DNA from: Candidatus Poseidoniaceae archaeon
GTDB taxonomy: Archaea > Thermoplasmatota > Poseidoniia > Poseidoniales > Poseidoniaceae
NCBI GenBank assembly: GCA_949372875.1
Contig: CASIAW010000005.1
Span: 98,586-162,585 of the forward strand
DNA length: 64,000 bases
Direction: 5' to 3'
Shown here: positions 10,001 through 18,149 of the stretch, piece by piece
Layout: every line of letters begins with the position of its first letter
Numbering within the stretch: position 1 is the first letter of the stretch
Notes under the pieces: generated by a model
The model's input: only the letters and a program-made list of their open reading frames with translations
The model's database searches: none
What the model was told of the DNA's origin: nothing
Translations under genes and position numbers: made by a program

Positions 10001-12163
10001 CCTCTACGAAAAGCAGTTCTTCCTATTGACGAAAGTTATGAAGCAGCAAGTACTGTTCAAGAAGTCAAGGTTCTTGTCAACGATGATGTTGGCCATCCAA
10101 TGGCTCTTGATTTGCTATATTGGGTTGAGTCTGATCATGACTTAAACCGTAACGGCGAGCCTGACCCTCAAGAATATGTAACCAAGAGTGTATACAATTC
10201 AACTGAGGCCAAGAACAAGTGGTTTATCACGACTATTGACCATTCGAGAAACCCGAACATGGGACGAGTTTCCTATTATTGGGCTGGAGGAGACCAAGCA
10301 GGTAATCCATTGCATTACACGCAAATGGACAGTGATGATGTCCTGCATGAATTCCAGTCAGGACCTGGCTTCCTTTACGATGATGCAACATTCCGTACTC
10401 GCAAAGATTCAACTGCGGTATTTACCGGATTGGATTGGGTCGGACACGTCGATAATGCTCCTGTATTCGCTGGAATGAAGCAGACCATTACACTCGGTTT
10501 CATCGATGCAAATACCGCTATTGACTTTGAACACATCTCCTTGGTCTTTGACTTTGAAGGCCCAAACCCATTGAGAGACGCACAGCGCATTTCATATTCA
10601 GGAATCAACAACACGTTCTGGTCTGAAAGTGATTTCATTTCTCTCATGACTAGCAGTTCAATGCATGAAACAACCAATGAGTCTGGACTTCCGTGGATTA
10701 TTGTAACCTTTGAATTTGTCATTGGATGGGATTGGCCTGATGAGGAGATGGGAGATGTAGCATTGGTCTACAAAGAAAGAGGCGCTGATGATGATGCACA
10801 AATCTTGTTACTCGAACATACCTTCAGAGTCGAAAACGACTTGATGCTCTCTCCAACAGAATATTTAGTTGAAGATATTTCAGAACCACGAACTGGAATT
10901 GTAGCTGATGGAAGCCGTGTTCGAAAAGATGACCGGTTAGCATTCACTGGCCGAGTTGTCTACGAAGGCAGTTCGGTTGCTGCACCTCGAGACGTAGGCA
11001 TACTCATCGAAGTGTTTGATGGAGAAAAAATGTGGAGCGATGGTTCAATAAGTTCACTTGGAGAATTTTCTGTCGAGGTACCGCTCTCGTCAGCATTAAC
11101 TCTACAATCTTCACCAACTCGTACCTGTCTCATCTCAATTACCAATATTCCTGGACGAGGAGAAGACATGACAGGAACACTGGTTTCAACAACATTGCAA
11201 GTCATTGTTGATGATGCAGCACCACGTGTAGTTCGTCGGATTTCTCCACTCAATGTTATTGATATTTCGTTGGATAACGATCTTGAAAATATTCAGGTCG
11301 AATTCCATGGAACTGAAGATGCAGATCTTACCGGTTCGAGCCAAATGGTTCATTGGGTTATGAGGGATGCTACACGAACGGTTACTATCGGTGCAGGGTC
11401 CTCACTCTTGGGAATGCAGCAAGAGGGACAGAACGTCATCTGGACCGGTGCAGTGGATTTGACTGACGGAGGAAGAATTGTCCTTCAAGAAGGTGACTTC
11501 GTAGGATTCTACGTCACAGGTTATGATGCTGCAGGAAATCAATTCCCAGTGGTTTCAAATTCTGAAGCGAGCCCTATTCCTGAACTCGCTGTTGACGACA
11601 CTGACTTTGAACGACAATGGATTCGATTAGGTGCTGTAGGGGCTGAATTACGAGTCAAGTCAATCACCCTCTCAGACGATCACATTGCGCCTGGTTCAGA
11701 AATTGAAATTCGTGCAGACATCATCAATATTGGAGGTCCGACTGAAAAGTTGTTCAAAGTAGCTTTCTATTCTGGTGATGATGAAGACCCATTCAAGACA
11801 GTCGGTGTCGCTGGAATTGATGGTGATGAAGTATTCAGCGTGAGTACAACATGGAGAGCAGAAGATGTTGACCGGATTCGTGTGGTTGTAGATTATGACA
11901 ACTCGATTGTCGAAGTAAACGATAATGACAACAGTGCAGAACATTCCATCGATATTGCATACGGGCAATACTTCGGCTGGTTCGACTCTCCACGTGAAAG
12001 TCCACTCGCTTGGATATTTATTGTCACATCAATATTGGTACTTCTTGGCGTTGCATCTATTGCATCCCGCACCACAATCGACCACGGCGACGGTGTATTC
12101 ACCGATGAAGAAGAAGATTGGGAAGACGATGAGGAAGAAGAAGACGAATACGATGATGACTGA
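7091..12163 (+). CDS. Giant (1690 aa) secreted surface protein. N-terminal signal peptide, Thr/Ser-rich beta-rich repeats, a CARDB-like domain near the C-terminus, one TM anchor and a poly-acidic cytoplasmic tail.
   Basis: Signal peptide MFTMQKALFLTLLFLMSLVAPMASSA. Long low-complexity S/T/Y/N-rich region. C-terminal TM LAWIFIVTSILVLLGVASIA followed by DEEEDWEDDEEEEDEYDDD. Confidence 0.8.
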   Translation: MFTMQKALFLTLLFLMSLVAPMASSATVETQFTDGTSSYRHTFSGTGSGTAGELTIPWGAEVTAAQFNLRGEASSTSYSNFTTDAHFGGTGDNTWSGSPPSPFTSGSRSNMDVASQSMSLKGNPSVQSIDFARSSSIQSKVNVHQNTTGQFASLSDQGYTGLTKKSPQFSVSTSASWGYIGVVVLVDHEYHIMKYSSSSLYNTPTILRINSTTGAYIGTASLNTNGCSSSSYYNMVDATVDGTTVYTAHYTSYYLTKWSVVTTGTAKSWRCDGSWNAFSNTYVTGVDIDDATGKLYVATYSYSANTHYLNEVSKTSPSSIQGTWTLATGSTVSRYGAGMIVNMPTIIYNEYDQQYVSGVGYNYDSYHHFFTMRGNFIEHMGEVAVPEGGHYGMVESELGQFSFSCHYYSTTYCSSSTRHKINNFGDGALFEQRAHSTTTGSIIGTAFTTSKAIDTLKISSILGYVPTGTSISVDISNDGGSTWRHVTSGQTITFPQSSTSFVWRATLNGTASKAPILDGVGIEYITSYVTSSYMYAYQYVGSGTKSVVAATITWDEVLPPSTSLRVYFGFTTSSTCTSTSAGVLTFTQSNQTKSVTGTGYYMCMRVQLSTSNSGVTPSISNISIAQHSNAPSQPGIDINGNSSWARASQDGALLGPLAVTHQSGGINNILKHFNDAIPDTGSGFSNISIELVAASSGILILESFAITYTMNTVNLDIDIPEGEILHERLEPYEVVTRHIIGEDASSMSEASLTLITNSIAKNPTLYWTNGDVFPSPNDPEDYIELDASSWSSTNNGILEVHWIFHVTSEFPDQSNVRFRTGCMDNSGSAGYSPLDLTSSTGLEVNRTFGLGWLKVRDNDGALVMDDVPDNSWVAAGETLYFQGAMWFQNTEDAPKDSAFDVRVSRNGWVESTARDTTNNNGSFFISVDLPDIDVESGLTYEVQTYNEKEPTHVMQPNSDWQRTFLVDATAPLRKAVLPIDESYEAASTVQEVKVLVNDDVGHPMALDLLYWVESDHDLNRNGEPDPQEYVTKSVYNSTEAKNKWFITTIDHSRNPNMGRVSYYWAGGDQAGNPLHYTQMDSDDVLHEFQSGPGFLYDDATFRTRKDSTAVFTGLDWVGHVDNAPVFAGMKQTITLGFIDANTAIDFEHISLVFDFEGPNPLRDAQRISYSGINNTFWSESDFISLMTSSSMHETTNESGLPWIIVTFEFVIGWDWPDEEMGDVALVYKERGADDDAQILLLEHTFRVENDLMLSPTEYLVEDISEPRTGIVADGSRVRKDDRLAFTGRVVYEGSSVAAPRDVGILIEVFDGEKMWSDGSISSLGEFSVEVPLSSALTLQSSPTRTCLISITNIPGRGEDMTGTLVSTTLQVIVDDAAPRVVRRISPLNVIDISLDNDLENIQVEFHGTEDADLTGSSQMVHWVMRDATRTVTIGAGSSLLGMQQEGQNVIWTGAVDLTDGGRIVLQEGDFVGFYVTGYDAAGNQFPVVSNSEASPIPELAVDDTDFERQWIRLGAVGAELRVKSITLSDDHIAPGSEIEIRADIINIGGPTEKLFKVAFYSGDDEDPFKTVGVAGIDGDEVFSVSTTWRAEDVDRIRVVVDYDNSIVEVNDNDNSAEHSIDIAYGQYFGWFDSPRESPLAWIFIVTSILVLLGVASIASRTTIDHGDGVFTDEEEDWEDDEEEEDEYDDD

Positions 12164-12223
12164 TTTCCCATCATTTGGCATCGATGCTTCACTGCAAATA
12201 CTCAAAAGAGGTCGACCGGACCA

Positions 12224-15200
12224 TTGCTCCATAGGGGTGGGGAGAGTATGTCGGATGTATTTTCCAACCTTGAGCCGAAACTGGCTGCAGCACTTCATTC
12301 AAAGGGTTGGGAGCCAACACCTGTTCAGATTGCTACACTACCCGAATTGTGCAATGGCGGGGACCGGATTATTGTCGCACCGACCGGTTCAGGAAAAACC
12401 CTCTCGGCAGTACTTCCAATGCTGCATCGATGTTTAACCGAGCAATGGGAGCCGCTTTCAATTCTCTACATTACCCCTCTAAGGGCATTGAACAGGGACG
12501 TAGACCGACGATTAACAGAAATTACGGAAGCTGTCGGTTTGAAAATCGGACTGCGTCACGGAGATACAAAACAAAGTGAAAGAACGCGCCAAGTCCGAAA
12601 CCCTCCCGATTTGCTTGTAACCACCCCTGAAACATTCCAACTCATGTTCACAGGAAAAAATCTGCGCGAACTCTTGAAACGAGTTCAGGCGGTAATCATC
12701 GACGAAGTGCACGATTTGGCTGCCAGTGAACGAGGATGGCAACTGTCTGTCGGATTAGAGCGACTTGAAGCCCTTTCAGGCCACCCCGTTCAACGAATCG
12801 GGCTCTCTGCGACCGTTGGGAATCCTGAAGAAGTTGCAAAGTGGCTTTCACCCAAAAGAGGACAAGCATTGCTCACAACAGGTGACCGAACAACTGATTT
12901 GACCGTCGAATGTGCTCAAAGTTTGCCTGAAGATGAAATTGGGGCGTTAGAAATGAGTATTCAACCTCGTGCCCATGCGAGTTTCCGAAGATTGATTGAA
13001 GTTTTAGAAACTGAACCTCCTTGTTTGGTGTTTGTAAACAGTCGTAGCGATGCTGAGACGATTGCCAATCGGTTGCAGAGCATGGCGCCTAATCTCAATG
13101 TTGGAGTTCATCATGGTTCACTTGCTGCTGAAACTCGCCAAGATATGGAGGATAAACTGCGTAGTGGCGAGTTGGCTGGACTGGTTTGCACTTCAAGTCT
13201 TGAACTTGGAATTGATGTCGGGAAAATCCGACGGATTATTCAGATTAAAAGCCCCCGCTCTGTTGATCGGATGCTCCAGCGTGTCGGACGCGCAGACCAT
13301 CGATTAGGTGGTGTAGGTAAAGGACATCTTTTGTCATGGGATACCGACGATATTGCGGAAAGTGCAGTTGTTGGAAGACGGGCGATGCTTGGCCAGATTG
13401 AATCAATTGAATGGCGTCAACGTCCTCTCTCAGTTGCTGCGAACCAGTTGGTTTTAATGGCGCACTCTTTCAACGCAGTTGCTATTGATGAAGCAACACT
13501 AATTCTCTCCAACGTAGCTCAATTCCAAGGTTGGAAGAGGCAAGATACCGAATCAATACTTCGGGTTTTAGCGGACAGTTGGATTCTTCGATTTACACCT
13601 GACCCTGACGAAGTACCGTGGTATAGATGGCCAAAGGCAGTCTACACTGTCGCTCAACAAGAGGCAGCAAAGAAAGGTGAACCTCTTCCTGACGAACGAC
13701 CATTGTTTTCACTCCCAGAAGAAGAAGTGCCTGAAGTATTCAAACAAAGGACTGTACCCGTGCCTCTTCCATTCAGATTCGGTTGGTTTTCGACTGCAGG
13801 AAGAACACGCCAATGGGTCACAAATCACCTCTCTATGATTCCTGACAAACAATCCTATCGAGTTCGAGACGCTGTTACACGACGCAGTTTAGGAAGTGTT
13901 GATGAGGCATTTGTATTGTCACTCAATGACAGTGGAGAGGATGATGATGGAAGCAGGCGCCAATTCGTAATGGCTGGAAGAACTTGGCTGATCATTGATG
14001 CAGACCCTGAGAAATCGGAATTGCTGGTCGCTCCGGTTTCTGATAAAGCACAAGCTCCACGATGGGTTGGAGAATTACCACCTGTACCAAAGGCCATTGG
14101 CAGAGACATTGGAAGATTACGTCAGTTGATTGCAGATGACTTAGATTTGTTCGAAAATGAGCCAAATACCATGCAAAATACTCTCATGATTGATGCGGAA
14201 GGGATTTTTGCAGACCGTCATTCAACGCTTTCTGAACACCCCTTTGATGATGAAGCATTGGGAGTCATGGCAGAATCCATTACAGCCCATATCGAAGCAA
14301 CCGGTCATGTTCCTACTGACCGATTGATGACCCTTGAGGCACGAGAGGATGCGATTGTCATCAATTCATGTCATGGTTCCCGAATCAATGAGGGATTAGG
14401 ACATTTCCTCATGGCGATGGCAACCACAAAGTCGGGTAAATGGGGTAGACTGGTCGTTGAACCGACTCGAATCGCTCTCCAAACAGGAGCAGTGAATCCA
14501 GAACAGCTCGTCGCTTGGATGATGGAGACGCCACCTGATGCCATTGAAGGACTACTCAGCGTAACGTTGCCGAATTCAAGACAAGTACGCTGGAGGTTTG
14601 CTCAAGTTGCCAAAACATTTGGAATCTTACGCCATGGTGTAGATCCACGCAAAATCAACCTTCAAGCCCTTTTACGTAAATATCGTGGAACCGTAGTGAT
14701 GGAGGAAGTCTTGTCAAAACTTTTCCATGAGCGTATGGATGTATTAGGGGTTCGGGACATTTTACGTTCCATTCAAAATGGAAATATTGAACTCAAAATC
14801 ACTGCATCCGGGCCGATTGGATTATCCAACCACTCGAGTCGAGATATGCTACTGCCAAATTGGGATAATGCGCAAGTTCGAAACCAGTTGAGAAGTCGAT
14901 TAACCAATGAAAGGGCGGTTTTATGTTGTTTAAAATGTAAAGCAACTCGCCGATTCCGCGTAGCGAGATATACTGAAATTAAGGATATTAAAAATTGTTT
15001 GAAATGCAAGGGTTCGATGCTGGCTTGCGCGCCAGAAAGGATGCAGTCTATGTTGGAAGATTGGGTAAAATCCGATGATGAAAAGGACCAAGGGCGAATG
15101 ATGAAAAACGCTTCAATTATTCAATCACGGGGATACGAAGCCGTTCTCTGCTTAATGGGTAGAGGAATCGGAGAAGCAACAGCCCAAAGAGTGCTAAGAA

Positions 15201-15289
15201 AAGTGCAGCGCAACAACCTCGAAGGATTACTTGAAGCGATTCATAATGCTGAGATTGAGTATGCCCGTACTCGCAGGTTTTGGAATTAG
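12224..15289 (+). CDS. lhr: Lhr-type large ATP-dependent DEAD/DEAH-box helicase with a C-terminal zinc-ribbon
   Basis: Walker A VAPTGSGKTLSAV, DEVH box (IIDEVHDL), helicase C motifs. Length 1021 aa. C-terminal CCLKCK...CLKCKGSMLAC four-Cys cluster. Confidence 0.8.
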   Translation: MLHRGGESMSDVFSNLEPKLAAALHSKGWEPTPVQIATLPELCNGGDRIIVAPTGSGKTLSAVLPMLHRCLTEQWEPLSILYITPLRALNRDVDRRLTEITEAVGLKIGLRHGDTKQSERTRQVRNPPDLLVTTPETFQLMFTGKNLRELLKRVQAVIIDEVHDLAASERGWQLSVGLERLEALSGHPVQRIGLSATVGNPEEVAKWLSPKRGQALLTTGDRTTDLTVECAQSLPEDEIGALEMSIQPRAHASFRRLIEVLETEPPCLVFVNSRSDAETIANRLQSMAPNLNVGVHHGSLAAETRQDMEDKLRSGELAGLVCTSSLELGIDVGKIRRIIQIKSPRSVDRMLQRVGRADHRLGGVGKGHLLSWDTDDIAESAVVGRRAMLGQIESIEWRQRPLSVAANQLVLMAHSFNAVAIDEATLILSNVAQFQGWKRQDTESILRVLADSWILRFTPDPDEVPWYRWPKAVYTVAQQEAAKKGEPLPDERPLFSLPEEEVPEVFKQRTVPVPLPFRFGWFSTAGRTRQWVTNHLSMIPDKQSYRVRDAVTRRSLGSVDEAFVLSLNDSGEDDDGSRRQFVMAGRTWLIIDADPEKSELLVAPVSDKAQAPRWVGELPPVPKAIGRDIGRLRQLIADDLDLFENEPNTMQNTLMIDAEGIFADRHSTLSEHPFDDEALGVMAESITAHIEATGHVPTDRLMTLEAREDAIVINSCHGSRINEGLGHFLMAMATTKSGKWGRLVVEPTRIALQTGAVNPEQLVAWMMETPPDAIEGLLSVTLPNSRQVRWRFAQVAKTFGILRHGVDPRKINLQALLRKYRGTVVMEEVLSKLFHERMDVLGVRDILRSIQNGNIELKITASGPIGLSNHSSRDMLLPNWDNAQVRNQLRSRLTNERAVLCCLKCKATRRFRVARYTEIKDIKNCLKCKGSMLACAPERMQSMLEDWVKSDDEKDQGRMMKNASIIQSRGYEAVLCLMGRGIGEATAQRVLRKVQRNNLEGLLEAIHNAEIEYARTRRFWN

Positions 15290-16294
15290 TTATTCCCAAC
15301 TATCTAATTCATTGATTGCTTTTGCAGCAGCGACAACGTCGCCGTCTTCCCACCAATCTACTGCGATGAACGTTGGCCGTTTTCCATGCTGCTGCCAACA
15401 CTCCTTGGAACGTTCGATAAGAAAATCAACATCGTTTGCTTCATCGCCTCGCGTTGGATCTGACAATCCAAGAGGACCTCTTAACCAGTTATTCATGTGA
15501 TAGACTTCTTGCTCAATATCTCCCCGCAAAAGGTTGCAATCCATATCCTCAGTGTTCTCTTCAGCGAAGTTGGTGGTCCAGCTATGGGTAAGGAAATCGT
15601 GAATCCATGGGTGCGACACATCTTCGCCTTGCTCCCAAAAGACCACCAGCGTTGTGTTTTGTTCGATCAACTCCTGTAAGGTTGGCCATGGAGTGTTCAA
15701 TTCATGATAGAACACTTTTTCATACAGACCTGACAATTCAAACGTGGCTTTGAGATGGTCTGGTTGAACATAATTTTCAACAAGCAGAGTCACGATATCA
15801 CGAGGGTTTTGTTCCATCTTACTGTTCAAATTGGATAACCATGCCACGGAATCTACATTTCCGTAAGTGCATGGGCTGAATCCTCTATCATCATCTCCAT
15901 GACATAAGCGAACTGTTTCTATTTGTTCATTTCCGAGTGTTTCGTAGTGCGTATCCACCATGAAAGCCCTCATCCCGGCATTCCATTGAGCATCCAGTCC
16001 AGTTTGATGGTTGCTGGCGGGATAGTAAATCCCGTCTTGATGTGTAGAAAAGGCATTATGAGTTTCAGGGAATGTAACTTCATCATATGCACGCAGACAC
16101 AGAATCAACAGACCATTACAGGCCTCAGTAGGCGTTTCAATCTCTTGTGATTCGCTAAGTGAAAGCGTATCCACAGTCGGTGCGACACACCCCGAACATA
16201 GCAGGAGGAAAGTCACTACAACCGCTGTCGGCCCGCCTCGCATGGATTTGCCAAGAAACAAGACAGCATGAAACCGTCGGTAGAGACAAATCAA
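15290..16294 (-). CDS. Secreted PLC-like phosphodiesterase (PI-PLC X-domain-like) lipoprotein
   Basis: Signal peptide with Cys (LLLCSGCVAP). ...FPETHNAFSTHQDG...NHQTGLDAQWNAGMRAFMVDTHY resembles the catalytic His region of PI-PLC X domains. Confidence 0.5.
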   Translation of the reverse strand: MICLYRRFHAVLFLGKSMRGGPTAVVVTFLLLCSGCVAPTVDTLSLSESQEIETPTEACNGLLILCLRAYDEVTFPETHNAFSTHQDGIYYPASNHQTGLDAQWNAGMRAFMVDTHYETLGNEQIETVRLCHGDDDRGFSPCTYGNVDSVAWLSNLNSKMEQNPRDIVTLLVENYVQPDHLKATFELSGLYEKVFYHELNTPWPTLQELIEQNTTLVVFWEQGEDVSHPWIHDFLTHSWTTNFAEENTEDMDCNLLRGDIEQEVYHMNNWLRGPLGLSDPTRGDEANDVDFLIERSKECWQQHGKRPTFIAVDWWEDGDVVAAAKAINELDSWE

Positions 16295-16749
16295 ACTGTT
16301 CGAACCAAAACGCCTGCTTCAACAAGCATTCCATTTGAGATAGTAAAATCTTCAAGCCATCGCTCAGGAATTCCATCGTTTTCAGGATAGACGATTTCTC
16401 GAATACCTGCTTGAATTAACGAACGAGCACAACGTGAGCATGGTGGCCATGTGACGAAGGCAGTTGCTCCTTTCAAGGAAATCCCGATACGAGCTGCGTG
16501 CATAATGGCATTCTCTTCAGCATGACAAATCAATGGATATTTCTTTGAACGGTCTGTAAGGCGTTCATTGTCGTCTTGGATACCTCGCGGAAACCCGTTG
16601 AATCCTGTTGAACGGATTTCTCTGTCTTCACCGACGACAACACAACCGACTTTGGTTGAAGGGTCTTTACTCCAGCCAGAAATATGTTTAGCAAGTTCCA
16701 AAAAACGTAGATCCCATTTATCGCTCATGGCCCTCAACAAGCCTCTCAA
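16291..16749 (-). CDS. dCMP / cytidine-deoxycytidylate deaminase
   Basis: Zinc-binding motifs HAEENAI and PCSRCA (H-A-E ... P-C-x-x-C). 152 aa. Confidence 0.8.
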   Translation of the reverse strand: MRGLLRAMSDKWDLRFLELAKHISGWSKDPSTKVGCVVVGEDREIRSTGFNGFPRGIQDDNERLTDRSKKYPLICHAEENAIMHAARIGISLKGATAFVTWPPCSRCARSLIQAGIREIVYPENDGIPERWLEDFTISNGMLVEAGVLVRTV

Positions 16750-16763
16750 ACACTAACTCTCTA

Positions 16764-18047
16764 TCAGTGCTTCGCAACTAATGAAAGGTTTTCATCACTG
16801 GCCCAATTAAAAAAGTTAAGAATGTTACCTTGCAAATACAAAGACCCTAAGCTGACCACGAGTCCAACACTATCTTCTGATTGAGTTGCTAAATATTCGA
16901 TGGCTTGATCTGCTGAAGCGAAGGTTAACGGATTCTTTATTGTCCATTTTTGTTCGAGTAAATCGTTCACATCCACACCAGGATAACGTCCTCCGTGGGG
17001 TTGAGTTAACAGAATCTGCTTTGGAGGCAATCGTTGACACAAGTCATGTAAAGGTGCCAGAAAATCAGCCAAGTCATGTTGAGGTGAAGTTCCAAAGATC
17101 AATGTCCAATTCGAATTGGGTGCATGTTGGGAAAGAAGTTCTTCCAGTTCAGGAAGTACGCGACGTATACCTGAAGGGTTGTGTGCTGCATCGAGCAAGT
17201 AAGGGTGTGTGGAGGTTTCTTTTTGATTCAAAAAATGAAGTCGTGCGGGCCATCGCAACACAGATTTTGCCTGCTCAATGGAAGCGGTTGAGAAACCAAG
17301 TGTCTCAAAGAGAGCAGACGCCATCACTGCAGCCTCTTCCCGAACACCGACACCGCTCGGAATCGGCACAAAAGTTGCTTGCGCAGGTGCTTGAATTTCG
17401 TCAAGCGATGTGTTCCCAGCATTCAATGTCTCCTCCTCCATGGCGTTACGAACTTCAATGTCTTCTGGGTCTCGGATGATAATCGGACAACTAGGACGAG
17501 CAATTGCCGCCTTTTCTCGAGCGATTTTTGGCAAGTTAGAACCTAAGATTTCCATGTGCTCTCGACTTACTGCTGTCACAAGAGAAGCGGTTGCTGGTCC
17601 ACTTCGAGTTGCATCAAGACGACCCCCTAAACCGGTTTCAAGAAGAAGAACTTCGCTGCCAGCTGAGGTAATCATGGCAATCAGATAGGTGATTTCAAAG
17701 AAAGTGAGTTCAATGGCTGAATTGTTTTCATCACCAATCGACGCCCTTTGAATTTGATTCAATGCTTCATCAAACTCATGAGAAGATATGGGGGTTCCAT
17801 TTCTTCGGATTCGTTCTTCAATCCGAGCTACGTGGGGTGAAGTGAACAGGACATTATCTATATTGTTGAGGGTGAAAGCCGTTGACATCAAGGCGCAAAC
17901 CGTTCCTTTTCCGTTACTTCCTGCCACGTGAATAATATGCGGTGGAAATTCAATTTGAAGACGATTGAGAACAGTTTTTGTTCCTTGAAGGCCGAGCGCC
18001 ATACCGCGCTTTTTTGACGATTCAAGCCAAGAGCGTGCTTCGACCAC
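16764..18047 (-). CDS. folC: Folylpolyglutamate synthase / dihydrofolate synthase (Mur-ligase family)
   Basis: P-loop HVAGSNGKGTV and overall Mur-ligase/FolC architecture. 427 aa. Confidence 0.8.
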   Translation of the reverse strand: MVEARSWLESSKKRGMALGLQGTKTVLNRLQIEFPPHIIHVAGSNGKGTVCALMSTAFTLNNIDNVLFTSPHVARIEERIRRNGTPISSHEFDEALNQIQRASIGDENNSAIELTFFEITYLIAMITSAGSEVLLLETGLGGRLDATRSGPATASLVTAVSREHMEILGSNLPKIAREKAAIARPSCPIIIRDPEDIEVRNAMEEETLNAGNTSLDEIQAPAQATFVPIPSGVGVREEAAVMASALFETLGFSTASIEQAKSVLRWPARLHFLNQKETSTHPYLLDAAHNPSGIRRVLPELEELLSQHAPNSNWTLIFGTSPQHDLADFLAPLHDLCQRLPPKQILLTQPHGGRYPGVDVNDLLEQKWTIKNPLTFASADQAIEYLATQSEDSVGLVVSLGSLYLQGNILNFFNWASDENLSLVAKH

Positions 18048-18149
18048 ATGTCGCCGAACAGTTGCTGGGATTTGGGCTTTTGTTCAAGAGATATTGACGC
18101 AGGTTGTATCGCCCCCGTAGGGGGCGTGGCAGGCGCGACGCTCATATGA

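Noticed and set aside
11893-12192. 99-aa Ser-rich minus-strand ORF
   Set aside because: It is the antisense of the poly-acidic (GAA/GAT) tail of the giant surface protein.
16886-17479. 197-aa plus-strand ORF
   Set aside because: It lies fully inside and antisense to folC, which has clear Mur-ligase motifs.
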